From an uncultured archaeon (GTDB lineage: Archaea > Thermoproteota > Nitrososphaeria > Nitrososphaerales > Gagatemarchaeaceae), in NCBI GenBank assembly GCA_963799775.1, contig CAWCYD010000003.1, positions 1,312,001-1,376,000 on the forward strand: a stretch of 64,000 nucleotides of DNA, written 5' to 3'. A program made the position numbers and the translations under genes. Position 1 is the stretch's first letter. The number at the start of each line of letters is the position of its first letter. Under the pieces are notes generated by a model. It did no database searches, was not told the origin of the DNA, and saw only the letters and a program-made list of their open reading frames with translations. This document shows, one piece after another, positions 51,763-62,669 of the stretch.

Positions 51763-52701
51763 GTGGCCGTAGTGCCTCTCGGTGGGACCGAGTCCATCGT
51801 CGCGGTGGACAGGAAGTCCGGTGAGATGGGGGCCGCGGTGGTCTCCCAGTCCTTCGCAGCAGGGTCGCAGACAATCTGGGCGGAGCCCAGCGTAGGGATA
51901 GTGCTCGTTCAAGGGTCCGTGGAGCCTACCTATGGGCCTCTCGGGCTCGCGCTCCTCAAAGGAGGCAAGACTCCGCAGCATGCGCTCAAGTCACTGCTGG
52001 CGACCGACCCGCGTCCGGGGGTCAGGCAGGTGATGATGATGAACTCGAGAGGAAGGGTCGCCGCCCACTCCGGCAAGGGATGCCTGCCCGAGTCTGGCTA
52101 CCAGGCAGGAAGGGGTTTCTGCGTCCAGGCCAACTTTGTCGAGGCCAAGAGGGCGTGGAGGTCGATGGCAGCGGCGTTCAGGGCGGAGAAGGGGACGCTC
52201 GCGGAGAGGCTCGTCGCCTCGCTGGAAGCAGGCGAGCGGGCCTCGAAGGGGCCCAGGAGAGGAGGTGGGGCGAGGTCGGCAGCCGTCCTGGTCGTGGCTG
52301 CGACGTCGACGAACACGCCGTGGGAGGGGAGGTACCTCGACCTCAGGGTGGAGGACAGCGACAACCCGCTGAAAGAGCTGAAGGCCGCGCTGAAGGTCAA
52401 CGAGGCCTACGAGCGCGCCTCGAACGCCGAGGAGTTTCTCGGGAGGGGCGACATCGCAAAGGCAGAGAAAGAGTTCGGGAAGGCGATCTCCCTTGCGAAC
52501 GGAAGCCCAGCTCTCAAGATGAGGTTCGCCCTAGGCATGATTCAGGCCGGCGAGGAGAAGAAGGGAGCGTCTCTGATGAAGAGCGCCTTGGGGAGGGGGC
52601 ACGACGCCAAGGCATTGATGCGCGAGATGTCCTCTCGCGGGATAATCAGGGGCGGGACCGGCAAGAAGGAAAAGGCGCGAAGCAAGACTTCTCAGACTTA
52701 A
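51763..52701 (+). CDS. DUF1028-like (Ntn-hydrolase-like) protein with TPR-like C-terminus
   Basis: SIVAVDRKSGEMGAAVVS, RQV, AAHSG, QAN, RSAA, DLRVED..NPLKEL. Confidence 0.8.
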   Translation: MAVVPLGGTESIVAVDRKSGEMGAAVVSQSFAAGSQTIWAEPSVGIVLVQGSVEPTYGPLGLALLKGGKTPQHALKSLLATDPRPGVRQVMMMNSRGRVAAHSGKGCLPESGYQAGRGFCVQANFVEAKRAWRSMAAAFRAEKGTLAERLVASLEAGERASKGPRRGGGARSAAVLVVAATSTNTPWEGRYLDLRVEDSDNPLKELKAALKVNEAYERASNAEEFLGRGDIAKAEKEFGKAISLANGSPALKMRFALGMIQAGEEKKGASLMKSALGRGHDAKALMREMSSRGIIRGGTGKKEKARSKTSQT

Positions 52702-52737
52702 TAGCCAGTCAGAGAGGAAGAGACCCCAGAAGAAGCG

Positions 52738-54007
52738 ATGCAGGGGAGTTCAGAGCTTTCAGGTTTCTACAAGCTCAGTATGCAGGAGAGGCTCGAGCTC
52801 CTGCGGAAGCTGGCAGGATTGACCGAGGAGGAGGCCGCTACCTTGGCGAACACGGGAGGCCTGCCGGGCGAGGTCGCGAACAGGATGATCGAGAACGTCG
52901 TCGGAGGGATAACGCTCCCCCTCGGGATGGCGACCAACTTTCTGATCAATGGGAAGGACTACGTCGTCCCGATGGCGCTGGAGGAGCCGTCGGTAGTCGC
53001 GGCGGCCTCGAACGCTGCGAAGATCGCTCGATTGAAGGGAGGGTTCAAGGTCACCAACACAGGCCCGGTGATGATAGGGCAGATCCAGACGGTGAGGGTG
53101 CCGAATCCCAAGGGGGCGGCCAGGAAGGTGTTGGCGAAGAAGAAGCTGCTCCTGGAGAGGGCGAACGCCCAGGACCCGATGCTCGTCTCCCTAGGAGGCG
53201 GGGCGAAGTACCTCTGGGCCAGGGTCATCAAGACGCTCAGGGGGCCGATGGTGATAGTCGAGCTCTTCGTGAACTGCGGCGACGCGATGGGAGCCAACGC
53301 CGTGAACACGATGGCCGAGGCGGTGGCGCCCATGGTCGAGGAGATAACGGGGGGGAAGGTGTACCTGAGGATAATCTCGAACCTGGCCGACAGGAGGCTC
53401 GTCAGGGCGACCGCCATCTTCGAGAAGGAGGCGCTGGGCGGGCCTGAGGTCGTCGAGGGCATAGTCTACGCCTACGCCTTCGCGGAGGCCGACCCCTACA
53501 GGTGCGCGACCCACAACAAGGGCATCATGAACGGGGTGATCGCCGTCGCACTCGCTTGCGGTCAGGACACGCGGGCGCTCGAGGCTGGTGCGCACAGCTT
53601 CGCCTCTCGTTCCGGCGCATACAAGCCACTGACCGTCTGGAAGAAGACAAAGGACGGAGACCTCATGGGCATCCTGGAGATGCCGATGGCCGTCGGGCTG
53701 GTGGGGGGAGCAGCGAAGGTACACCCGGCAGCAAAGGCCAACGTCAAGGTCCCTCGGGGTAAAATCCGCGGTCGAACTGGCCAACATCATGGGTGCGGTC
53801 GGGCTCGCCCAGAACTTTGCGGCGCTCCGCGCGCTCTCAGCAGAGGGGATCCAGAGGGGGCACATGAAATTACATGCCAGAAACATCGCCGCGTCAGCAG
53901 GGGCGACGGGGAAGATGGTGGACCAGATAGCCGACCAGCTAGTGGCGGAGAAGAAGATCAGGATGGACAGGGCCAAGGAGATCCTGGACAGCCTGTCCAA
54001 GACGTAG
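52738..54007 (+). CDS. Hydroxymethylglutaryl-CoA reductase, class II, frameshift near 53755
   Basis: [60 protein letters not shown]. Confidence 0.93.
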
Positions 54008-54016
54008 GGCGACGCT

Positions 54017-54493
54017 TCAGACTGTGGCGGTCATCGGAGTGCTCGGTTTGGGGACCGTGTCACTCTTCGAGCTGTTCGTGCGCCTCGCGTCGATAAAGTC
54101 GAAGACGGTGTACCCGTAGGAGCAGACTAGCGCGAGGACTACGAGGTAGATCAGGCCCGAGCTCTCGATCCCTCCCGACCCTAGCGCAGACCCGAGGGAG
54201 CTAGGTAGGAGGAGGAAGATGTAGTAGAAGAGGGCGATGTCCACTAGCCCTCCCCCTATCTTGCCGAAGAGCCAGGGATAGTCTCCCTTCGAATAGCCAT
54301 TCCTGCAGAAGCTGGTGACGGCGAAGAGCGCGCCGAACAGGATGAAGACCTCCCACCTCTCCGTCGAAGGAGGGAGCTTGAGGTAGCCCGCGAAGAGCGG
54401 AGACAGGTAGTCGAGGGCGAGGGGGATGACGACCCCTATCAAGACGAAGATGACCACGGCGGACGAGATCCCTTTGGAGAGCTTCAGCGTCAT
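54017..54493 (-). CDS. Hypothetical four-TM membrane protein
   Basis: Four hydrophobic segments, coding-like composition. Confidence 0.65.
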   Translation of the reverse strand: MTLKLSKGISSAVVIFVLIGVVIPLALDYLSPLFAGYLKLPPSTERWEVFILFGALFAVTSFCRNGYSKGDYPWLFGKIGGGLVDIALFYYIFLLLPSSLGSALGSGGIESSGLIYLVVLALVCSYGYTVFDFIDARRTNSSKSDTVPKPSTPMTATV

Positions 54494-54497
54494 TCTC

Positions 54498-54977
54498 TCA
54501 CTGCCCCAGGCTCACCGTTATCGACCAGAGGCCGTTCTCCTGGAGAGTCATCTGGCCTCCTCCGCTGATCTGCTGCCCCTGCATCTGTGAGATCGCGCTG
54601 GGCGGGATGTCGAGGGTGAGGTTGAGTGCCCCGGAATGGAACGCAGGGAGGTCGACGCTCGCCTTCGGGGTCTGGTAGACCGTCGTGCCGTTCTCGGAGA
54701 GGCTCAGCGAGAGGGAGACGCTGGCAGGGAGGAACCACTTGTTGAACGCGGGAACGATGACAGAATGCGTCCCGTTGAGAGTGGCGGAGGACGAGAAAAT
54801 CTGCTGCAGCTGCGCCTGGACGCTCCCCAGGTTGACGCCGAGGCCTATCTCGTTGTTCGGCTGGATCTGCGGCGTCACGGCTCCGAGTATGGGGGCGGCG
54901 ACGACAAGGAGGATGAATATCCCGATGATGATGGACGCGGCCCGGAAGGCATACTTGCCGACCTTGATGCCGTTCAA
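54498..54977 (-). CDS. Hypothetical membrane-anchored protein
   Basis: N-terminal TM followed by a beta-rich region; 4 bp from the next gene. Confidence 0.65.
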   Translation of the reverse strand: MNGIKVGKYAFRAASIIIGIFILLVVAAPILGAVTPQIQPNNEIGLGVNLGSVQAQLQQIFSSSATLNGTHSVIVPAFNKWFLPASVSLSLSLSENGTTVYQTPKASVDLPAFHSGALNLTLDIPPSAISQMQGQQISGGGQMTLQENGLWSITVSLGQ

Positions 54978-55122
54978 ATTGTCAGCGACGCTTCAGGGGG
55001 CAGTTCGAGTATAATATGATTTGTAGAGCCAGGCTCTATCCGCGGCACTTATTTTCAATCCCGGACGCTCAATCGCGGCGAAGAGTTAATTCTGCCTCGA
55101 TGTCGCGACTCCCTGACCTGCC

Positions 55123-56061
55123 TTGGGTGAACTCGTCACAGAGGGGCTGACAAAGCGCTACGGCGGCAGCGCGAAGGCCTTGGATGCGGTCAGCTTCTCT
55201 GCGCCGTCGTCCGGAATCTTCGCGCTCATCGGCAGGAACGGCGCCGGGAAGACGACGCTTGTGAGGATCCTCGCGACCGAGCTCGAGCCCACGGCGGGGA
55301 GGGCGTCCATCAACGGGCTGGACGTCGTCAGGGACGACAAGAAGCTCAGGGAGAGGATCGCCATCGTGCCTCAAGAGGCGAGGACCATCTCGTGGATGAC
55401 CCCAAAGCAGTCGGCGACGTCCTACCTGATGTGGAGGGGGTTCTCGATCTCCGAGGCGAGGAAGCGGGCCGACGAGTCTCTGGCTAGGTTGAAGCTTGAG
55501 AAGTCCGCGGACAAGCTCAACCGTCTCCTCTCAGGGGGCACGAAGAGGAAGGTGCTGACGGCGATGGTGCTCGCCTCCGAGGCTGACATCATCTTCCTCG
55601 ACGAGCCCACCACAGGGCTCGACCCCATATCGAGGAAGGACTTTTGGGAGATACTCCGGGAGCTGGCGAAGGACAGGTTCATCTTCCTAACCACGCACTA
55701 TCTCGAGGAGGCCGAGCAGCTGGCCGACACTCTCGGCATCCTTGGCGCAGGACGGCTGGTCGCGGTGGGCTCGGTCCCGTCGATAAGGGGGATGACCAGG
55801 CACCAATACAGCGTCAAGCTCCCGGCGAACGCAGAGGTGCCGAGAGTGACGCAAGGGGAAGTGATCAAGGGAAGGAACGGAGAGGTCCAGATATTCACGA
55901 CCGAGGACGAGGCCTTTGATATCTCGAGGCGGCTGTCGGTCTCCGGGACGAGGTTCTCCGTCAGCCCTGTGTCGTTGGACGACATCTTCTTCCAGCTTGT
56001 CGGGGAGTCCCCGCTGGAGCAGGAGGCTCCGGTCGGGGCCGAGGGAGGGTGGTCGGCGTGA
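55123..56061 (+). CDS. ABC transporter ATP-binding protein
   Basis: GRNGAGKTT, LSGG, FLDEPTTGLDP, TTHYLEEAE. Confidence 0.95.
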   Translation: MGELVTEGLTKRYGGSAKALDAVSFSAPSSGIFALIGRNGAGKTTLVRILATELEPTAGRASINGLDVVRDDKKLRERIAIVPQEARTISWMTPKQSATSYLMWRGFSISEARKRADESLARLKLEKSADKLNRLLSGGTKRKVLTAMVLASEADIIFLDEPTTGLDPISRKDFWEILRELAKDRFIFLTTHYLEEAEQLADTLGILGAGRLVAVGSVPSIRGMTRHQYSVKLPANAEVPRVTQGEVIKGRNGEVQIFTTEDEAFDISRRLSVSGTRFSVSPVSLDDIFFQLVGESPLEQEAPVGAEGGWSA

Positions 56062-56801
56062 AGCGGAGCCTCTCGAGCCAGTTCCTTGCCTCTGTCCTGG
56101 TGAACTCCATCTACGAGATGAAGAACTACCCCATCAACCTCGTAAACACGGTCATCGCGCCCATCTCGTTCCTGCTCGTCATCGACTTTGTGAGCAAGGG
56201 GGCGCTGATCGGCCAGGCGATAGAGGGAGGCCTCATCATGAGCATGTTCCAGAGCGGGATGTCGCTCCAGGGTGACATCTCTCACCTCAAGAACGACTTC
56301 AAGCTGCAGGACATGCTGGTGAGCTCGCCTGCCTCTCCGGCGGTCTATGTCCTTGGGATGGCGGCATCGGAGGTCATCTACAGTCTCCCAGCGCTCGCCC
56401 TCCTGGTCGTCCTGGGGGAGATCTACATCCACCCGAGCATCTTCGTCGCACTCGAGCTCACGGCAGCTCTTCTCCTCATGTTCTTCACCTCGGTCACGAT
56501 AGGCTTCATGTTCGCGACGCTCTCGAGCGACATCGTCCAGAGCTTCGCCTGGTCGAGGCTTCTCACCACCATTTTCACCGCGATAACGCCCGTTTACTAT
56601 CCTATCACCTACATCCCGCTACCTTTCAGATATCTGGCCTACCTCTCGCCGACGACCTACGTGGCTGAGATAATGCAGAACGCTGCGGGATACCTGCAGT
56701 TGAGCCCGAGCGCTGCCGCCACAGACTGGGCGGTCGTGGTGGGGCTCGCGGTCGTCCTCTTCTTCATCGTGTCCCGGAACGCGAGATGGAAAGAGGTCTA
56801 G
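56058..56801 (+). CDS. ABC-2 type permease
   Basis: Six TMs, PVYYPI..IP..FRYLAYLSPTTY. Confidence 0.88.
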   Translation: MKRSLSSQFLASVLVNSIYEMKNYPINLVNTVIAPISFLLVIDFVSKGALIGQAIEGGLIMSMFQSGMSLQGDISHLKNDFKLQDMLVSSPASPAVYVLGMAASEVIYSLPALALLVVLGEIYIHPSIFVALELTAALLLMFFTSVTIGFMFATLSSDIVQSFAWSRLLTTIFTAITPVYYPITYIPLPFRYLAYLSPTTYVAEIMQNAAGYLQLSPSAAATDWAVVVGLAVVLFFIVSRNARWKEV

Positions 56802-56850
56802 GCAGAAGAATGCCCTAATCGTTTAAGCCCACGAGGACCGAGCCCTCGAG

Positions 56851-57633
56851 GTGGCTATGCCTCGCATGCAATACCGGACGGACATGTATCACGGGATGCT
56901 CGCAGAGACTGTGATGATGAGGGGGAACAACGGGGACACGATCAACGCGTACCTCGCTCGCCCGCTCGGTCCCGGGCCGTTCCCCGGGATGGTCCTCATC
57001 CATCACGCCCCTGGATGGGACGAGTGGTATTGGGAGGCGGCGAGGAGGTTCGCGCACCACGGCTATGTCGCGATGGTCCCGAACCTCTACTACCGCGTCG
57101 GCCACGGGTCACCCGAGGACGTGGCCGCGAAGGTCCGCGCGTCGGGTGGCGTGCCGGACGACCAGGCGGTCGGCGACATATCCGGGGCGAGGGACTACCT
57201 GAAGGCCATGCCGACATCGGGGAAGTTCGGCGTCTTCGGGACGTGCTCTGGCGGGAGGCAGGCGTTCCTCGCCGCATGCAGGACCAAGGCGTTCGACGCG
57301 GCCGTCGACTGCTGGGGAGGCCGGGTAGTCATGAGCAAAGAGGAGCTGACCCCGAACTATCCCGTCGCTCCTATCGACTACACGAATGGACCTGTCTTGC
57401 CCCTGCTGGGCCTGTTCGGCGAGGAGGACCAGTTCCCTCCGCCTCAGCAGGTTGCCCAACAGGAAGAGGCGCTCAAGAGTTTCGGGAAGAAGTACGAGTT
57501 CCACATGTACCCAAAGGCCGGGCACGGGTTCTTCTACTACGACAAGCCGATGTATAGGCAGGAGCAGGCGGTCGACGGCTGGAAGAAGGTCTTCGACTTC
57601 CTTGAGAGGAACCTCGGCGACGGGAGCTCTTGA
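56851..57633 (+). CDS. Dienelactone hydrolase family protein
   Basis: AYLARP, GTCSGG nucleophile, LGLFGEED, YPKAGHGF. Confidence 0.9.
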   Translation: MAMPRMQYRTDMYHGMLAETVMMRGNNGDTINAYLARPLGPGPFPGMVLIHHAPGWDEWYWEAARRFAHHGYVAMVPNLYYRVGHGSPEDVAAKVRASGGVPDDQAVGDISGARDYLKAMPTSGKFGVFGTCSGGRQAFLAACRTKAFDAAVDCWGGRVVMSKEELTPNYPVAPIDYTNGPVLPLLGLFGEEDQFPPPQQVAQQEEALKSFGKKYEFHMYPKAGHGFFYYDKPMYRQEQAVDGWKKVFDFLERNLGDGSS

Positions 57634-57648
57634 GGAGGCATCGAGAGA

Positions 57649-57993
57649 ATGTGCACAGGGCTGATCCAAAAGGCTAAGGTCGACGGCGCGGGCAAGGGAG
57701 CTGACGGCTGGTTCAAGCTGGACGAGCTGAGCGTAACCTATGACTGCTCCTATCACACCAGCTCGCCTACGGGTGTCAACATCGACTTCTTCAACGAGAA
57801 GAAGGGGCCGGGCGCGAGGGTGGCCGTCGAGCTTACGCCGACCTCCGCCATGAACCTCGTTCACGCGATAATGGAGTCGCTCTATAGCGCGGGGATCGAC
57901 CCTGGAGAGGCTGCTCTGGGCATCGTCGCGACCAAACCGGAGACGAGCGCGGCCCAGCACGAAGCCCTCGGGCGTCCCGAGATCAGGAACTGA
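57649..57993 (+). CDS. DUF6295-like small protein
   Basis: MCT...G.GKG..GWF...V.YD..YH...NIDF...GPGARVAVELT..SA. Confidence 0.7.
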   Translation: MCTGLIQKAKVDGAGKGADGWFKLDELSVTYDCSYHTSSPTGVNIDFFNEKKGPGARVAVELTPTSAMNLVHAIMESLYSAGIDPGEAALGIVATKPETSAAQHEALGRPEIRN

Positions 57994-58004
57994 GAGCCTG
58001 CCAG

Positions 58005-58439
58005 CTAGGGCACGGTCACAACAGGAATAGGCGAGTTCTCGATTATCCGTCTCGATGTGCTCCCGAGGGCACGGATCATCCCTAGCCTGTGCAGCCCAGT
58101 GACGCCCACGACTATCATCGCGGACTTTCGCTCCTTCGCCTTGCTGAGGATGAACTCGACAGGGTTCCCGACGCCGTAGATCTTCTCGACTGTGAGCTTC
58201 TCGCTCTTTATCCTGTCGTCGAGGTCGCCGAGCATCCTGTCGGAGAACTCTTTGTAGTAATCGTCCTGGTCAGGCGCGTCTTCCTCGATCGCCTTTTCGT
58301 ACTCGTCGGGGACGTTGAGCTTGGGAGCGACGTAGGCGAGGACAACCTTGGCCCTCATCGACTTTGCCAGCGCAACAGCCATGTCCACGACCTTCCCGGA
58401 TTGCTTGCTCCCGTCCACCGCCACCAGAATCTCTGTCAT
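58005..58439 (-). CDS. Universal stress protein
   Basis: ILVAVDGS, IVVG, LGSTSRRII..SPIPV. Confidence 0.92.
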   Translation of the reverse strand: MTEILVAVDGSKQSGKVVDMAVALAKSMRAKVVLAYVAPKLNVPDEYEKAIEEDAPDQDDYYKEFSDRMLGDLDDRIKSEKLTVEKIYGVGNPVEFILSKAKERKSAMIVVGVTGLHRLGMIRALGSTSRRIIENSPIPVVTVP

Positions 58440-58517
58440 TCGAGAGCGAAGGGCCTTCTCCCGTTTATTTAACTACGAGGGGCGATTCTCAGTTCGGGGA
58501 GGGTGGCGCCAAGGATA

Positions 58518-60168
58518 ATGAGCCACCTCGAGCGAGGGAGCGCGTTCTCATTGCGTCCGATAGGAGAGGTCGCCGCGGAGCTGGGCATTGATGTGAACCA
58601 GCTGACGCTTTACGGCAACTACAAGGCAAAGGTGCCCATCTCGACTCTGAAGGGGAGGCCCCTAAAGGGAAAGCTCGTCCTCGTGACGGGGATCACCCCC
58701 ACCCCCCACGGGGAGGGGAAGACCGTCGTCTCGATAGGGTTGGCCATGGCCATCAGGCTCATCGGGAAGACCTCGGTCGCGTGCATCAGGCAGCCTTCCC
58801 TAGGGCCTGTGTTCGGCGTCAAGGGAGGAGGGGCGGGGGGCGGGAGCTCCACCATCGAGCCGATGCAGGAGATCAACATGCGCCTCACCGGCGACATCGA
58901 CGCGATATCGTCGGCCCACGACCTCCTCGCCGCCGCGATAGACAACCACGTCTTCCACGGCAACGCGCTCGGGATAGACACCGAGGCCATCCTATGGCCC
59001 AGGGCGCTGGACGTCGAGGACAGGGCGCTGAGGGACGTGAGGGTGGCGCTGGGCGAGAAGAACGGGACACCCCACGAAGGGAAGTTCATCATCACCGCCG
59101 CGTCCGAGATAATGGCGATCCTCTGCCTCAGCAGAGACTACGCGGACCTAAAGTCCCGGCTGGGGAAGATGGTCGTGGCCTACGACAAGCTTGGAAGGCC
59201 GGTCACCGCGACCGACCTGAAGGTCGTGGGGGCCATGGCAGCGCTCCTGAAAGAGGCGCTGGAGCCTAACCTTGTCCAGACCAGGGAGGGGACGCCCGCC
59301 CTGGTCCACGGAGGCCCGTTCGGGAACATCGCGCACGGGGACCTGCAGCAACATCTCGATCCTCCTCGCGCTACAGTCCGCGGACTACGCCATCGTCGAG
59401 GCGGGTTTCGGCAGCGACCTCGGGGCTGAGAAGTTCGTAGACATCGTCACCCGGACCGCGGGCGTCCAGGTCGGGGTCGCCGTCATCGTGGCTACCCTCA
59501 GGGCGTTGAGACACCACGGCGGGAAGGCCGACTTTGACCGCCCGGCTCCGGAGGCGGTGAAGGCGGGCCTCGCCAACCTCGGAAAGCATATCGAGAACGT
59601 ACGCACGCTCGGCATTAGGCCGGTGGTGGCCTTGAACCTCTTCGAGGGCGACGGGAATGAAGAGGTCCGGCTGGTCTCTTCTTTCTGCGCCGGCGAGGGC
59701 GTCCCCTTCGCGAAGACGACGGCATACTCGGAGGGAGGCGAGGGGTCCAGGCTCCTCGCGGAGCTCGTCGTCGAGGAGGCTGTGGGGGAGGGCAGGTGCG
59801 TCCCTGTCTATCAGATGGACGACCCGATCAAGGAGAAGGTGGACAAAGTCGTGAAGAAGATGTACGGGGGCTCGGGTGTGGCCTACTCAGGGACTGCGAA
59901 GTCCGAGCTCGAGAGGATCGTGAGGCTCGGGTATCAAGGGTTGCCGATATGCATCGCAAAGACCTCCAACTCGCTCTCGGACGACGCGAAGCTCGTAGGC
60001 CGGCCCGTGGGGTTCGTGGCGACCGTGCACGACGTCGAGCTCGCGGCGGGAGCAGGGTATGTCATCGTCGAGATGGGCGAGATATCCCGGATGCCCGGCC
60101 TTCCATCGGTCCCAGACGCGGAGAGGATCTCGCTGAGCGACGACGGCGTGATCTCGGGCGTAGTCTAG
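58518..60168 (+). CDS. fhs: Formate-tetrahydrofolate ligase, frameshift near 59340
   Basis: ITPTPHGEGKT, PSLGPVFGVKGG, ITAASEIMA, HGGPFGNIAHG, EAGFGSDLGAEKF, CIAKT, MPGLP. Confidence 0.95.
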
Positions 60169-60178
60169 AAGAGGCGCG

Positions 60179-61069
60179 CTAGATCGTTATCCCGAACACG
60201 GCCCGCATTATGCTTCCGAAGACGTAGAGGGCCGCGGTCGCGCCTAGCATCACGCCTGCCAGCTCTGAGAACTCCCTAAGGAACCTGCTCCCGACTATGA
60301 TCGAGTTATACCAGGTCACGAATGCGATTATCGTCAGGCCGATCACCACTGACAGTGTTATCGCGAGGATCATCGTCTTTGTGAGGAAATAGGGGAGCGC
60401 GAGCAAGATGGCGGCGATGAAATATGAGCCGCCTGTGTAACCTGCGGCGAGCCCGGGCGACCCCTCGAAGCCCTGTTTTGCCTGGGCGTAAGCCGCGGAG
60501 GCCATCGCCAGCGATGCCGCTGCTCCTGCGACTATGCCGGCCAGGCCCGTCAGCTCCGTGGAGTTGTAGATGCCCAGCGAGCCCGCGTGGATCCCCGCAA
60601 TCTCCACCAGCGCATCCGCGAGGCCGAGCACGATGAAGGAGATGTACTTCACGTACGTGCCTGCGACGATGTCTGCGAAGGCCGTCTCGTGCCCCTTCTC
60701 GTCCTCGATCATCGACTGGAAAGCGGGCTTGTCCTCGGGGGGGACCGAGGGCATGAGCTCCTCGTACTTCTTGACGGTCGACTTCTCGCGTCGCTCCAGG
60801 AATTTTATCGCGAAGGAAGCCCCGAAGAGACGGCGGAGGAAGAGGACCAGATTGACTGTCGCGCCCTTCGGGCGTATCTCCTTCGTGTCCTGGGGGGCGT
60901 ATTTCTTCCAGAGCTCGTAGTGGGTGTGCTCCATCGCGCTGAGCTTCTCGAACATCTCCTTGTTCGCCTTTGACTTCTCAGAGGCGGCGAGCCGCCGATA
61001 GGTCGTGTAGTCGGTTATCTCGTCCCTAGCTTCTCCCACGGCCACCTCCGAGAGCTCCTGCTTCGACAA
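60179..61069 (-). CDS. Ferritin-like (rubrerythrin-type) domain fused to a VIT1/CCC1 membrane domain
   Basis: DE..DY, MEHTH, LERRE, DEKGHE, then VLGLADALVE and AASLAMAS. Confidence 0.85.
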   Translation of the reverse strand: MSKQELSEVAVGEARDEITDYTTYRRLAASEKSKANKEMFEKLSAMEHTHYELWKKYAPQDTKEIRPKGATVNLVLFLRRLFGASFAIKFLERREKSTVKKYEELMPSVPPEDKPAFQSMIEDEKGHETAFADIVAGTYVKYISFIVLGLADALVEIAGIHAGSLGIYNSTELTGLAGIVAGAAASLAMASAAYAQAKQGFEGSPGLAAGYTGGSYFIAAILLALPYFLTKTMILAITLSVVIGLTIIAFVTWYNSIIVGSRFLREFSELAGVMLGATAALYVFGSIMRAVFGITI

Positions 61070-61193
61070 CGCGCTACTCCCCTCCCTCGCGATGTCCGGG
61101 GATTAAACCTTGACAGGCGGTTCTCAGGCTTGAGGACGCTACGCAGCCCTCGGCTCTCTACATGCGAGCGGTTGCGCCGAAATATGCGTAGCT

Positions 61194-62117
61194 TTAGAGG
61201 GACAGGGTGAGCTTCTGGAGCTTCCAGGGCTTCATGACCAGGTCCCATCTCGACAAGACGTGGGCGCCGTCTTCAAGGACAAGGACATCGTGTCCTTTGA
61301 TTGTCAGGCTGCCGATGTCTTGGACGGCGGCATGCGGTGAGACAGTCGTCGCCTTCATCCCCCGGATCTCAGAGAGGCTGACGTCAGTCCATGACTCCGG
61401 CTTGTCCCTCGCGGCCTTGAGCCCGTTCGGAGAGAAGAGGAACGCGAGTATGTGCCTATCTGAGATGAACTCGCCCGACTTGCCGCTCAAGAAGAGTCTT
61501 CGGATCCTCTTCTCGCACATCATCTTCATCGCATCGATCAGCTTCATTTCAGGGTCCACTGAGACTAGGTCAGAGGCGACGTCCTTGGCCTCCAGCCTGC
61601 ACCTCAGTTTTCCCTCAGCGTAGAGCGAGACCACCTCCATCAATGTGATGAGCGTGTTAGGGGGCGTGTCCGCCTCTGCCCTTGCGTCTCCAAAGCCGGT
61701 GGTCTCGTAGAGTTGAAGCAGGTGCTGCAGAGTGTCTTGATAGTCCAGGGAGCCGATCCAAGTCGTGGTCGTTGAGCAGGGAGCCCAAAGTGCCTTGTAG
61801 TATTCGCTGGGCTTTGTCGCCACGATCATCCGGATGACGGGGAGTCCACCGATAGCCTGGAAGATCTTCGACTTGCGGTTACCTGGGGTCCCTGGCCTCC
61901 CTGGCGCGAGCCTCTCCTTGACAATCGGCAGCATGGGGGAATCATAGATGGACAGCATCGAGGCGGCTACTATGACAGGGGTGTCAAACGTTGTTACGGG
62001 CCTGGGAATATCGAAGAGTCCCGGGAACAACTTCGAGAGGGGCGCGTCGAGAGGAATTCCCATCTTATACATGGAAAAAACCGTTTGCACTCCATTTAAG
62101 ACTTGTGAAAATGACAT
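61194..62117 (-). CDS. CBS-domain-containing protein (start uncertain)
   Basis: AKDVASDLVSVDP...DAMKMMCEKRIRRL. Confidence 0.65.
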   Translation of the reverse strand: MSFSQVLNGVQTVFSMYKMGIPLDAPLSKLFPGLFDIPRPVTTFDTPVIVAASMLSIYDSPMLPIVKERLAPGRPGTPGNRKSKIFQAIGGLPVIRMIVATKPSEYYKALWAPCSTTTTWIGSLDYQDTLQHLLQLYETTGFGDARAEADTPPNTLITLMEVVSLYAEGKLRCRLEAKDVASDLVSVDPEMKLIDAMKMMCEKRIRRLFLSGKSGEFISDRHILAFLFSPNGLKAARDKPESWTDVSLSEIRGMKATTVSPHAAVQDIGSLTIKGHDVLVLEDGAHVLSRWDLVMKPWKLQKLTLSL

Positions 62118-62167
62118 GATATCATATCCCTTCCACCGAAAATTTGTCTTGGTGAGGGAGTTGCACT

Positions 62168-62608
62168 CTATTTTTTGAGCGTGGACTTGCCCGTCTTCAG
62201 GTAGGCGTCGTCTCCCGTGAGCCAGTCCTCTCGAAGCGGGCTGAAGCTGTCTATGTCGTCGCAATCCTCCAAGGCAACCGCCGAGTGGACGACGTTGGGC
62301 GGGATTACGAGGACATCCCCCGCCTTGACCATGATGTCCTTCCCGTCGATCGTGAACCTCAAAGAGCCGCTGATCACCATCGTTATCTGCTCTGCGAGGT
62401 GCTTGTGGGGAGGGACGGTCGCGCCCTTCGCCAGGGTCAGGCGGCCTATCATCTCGTTCTTTCCGACCGCGAGCTTCCTGGTTATCTTGTCGTTCATCCT
62501 CTCCTCCTTGACGTCCGACCATCTGATCAGCTGTGGCTTCTCCGCCGCCTTCTTCCACTTCGCGAGCTTGTCTCGAGCCAACCTGATGCTATTACCTCTC
62601 CAGCCCAC
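62168..62608 (-). CDS. Cupin-domain protein
   Basis: PPHKHLAEQ...GDVLVIPPNVVH, DSFSPLREDW. Confidence 0.9.
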   Translation of the reverse strand: MGWRGNSIRLARDKLAKWKKAAEKPQLIRWSDVKEERMNDKITRKLAVGKNEMIGRLTLAKGATVPPHKHLAEQITMVISGSLRFTIDGKDIMVKAGDVLVIPPNVVHSAVALEDCDDIDSFSPLREDWLTGDDAYLKTGKSTLKK

Positions 62609-62669
62609 CGCCGTCGCTTGATTTAACGTGTGGCGTCTCGAGCAAGCCTTGCCCTCGAGGAGTCGACCT

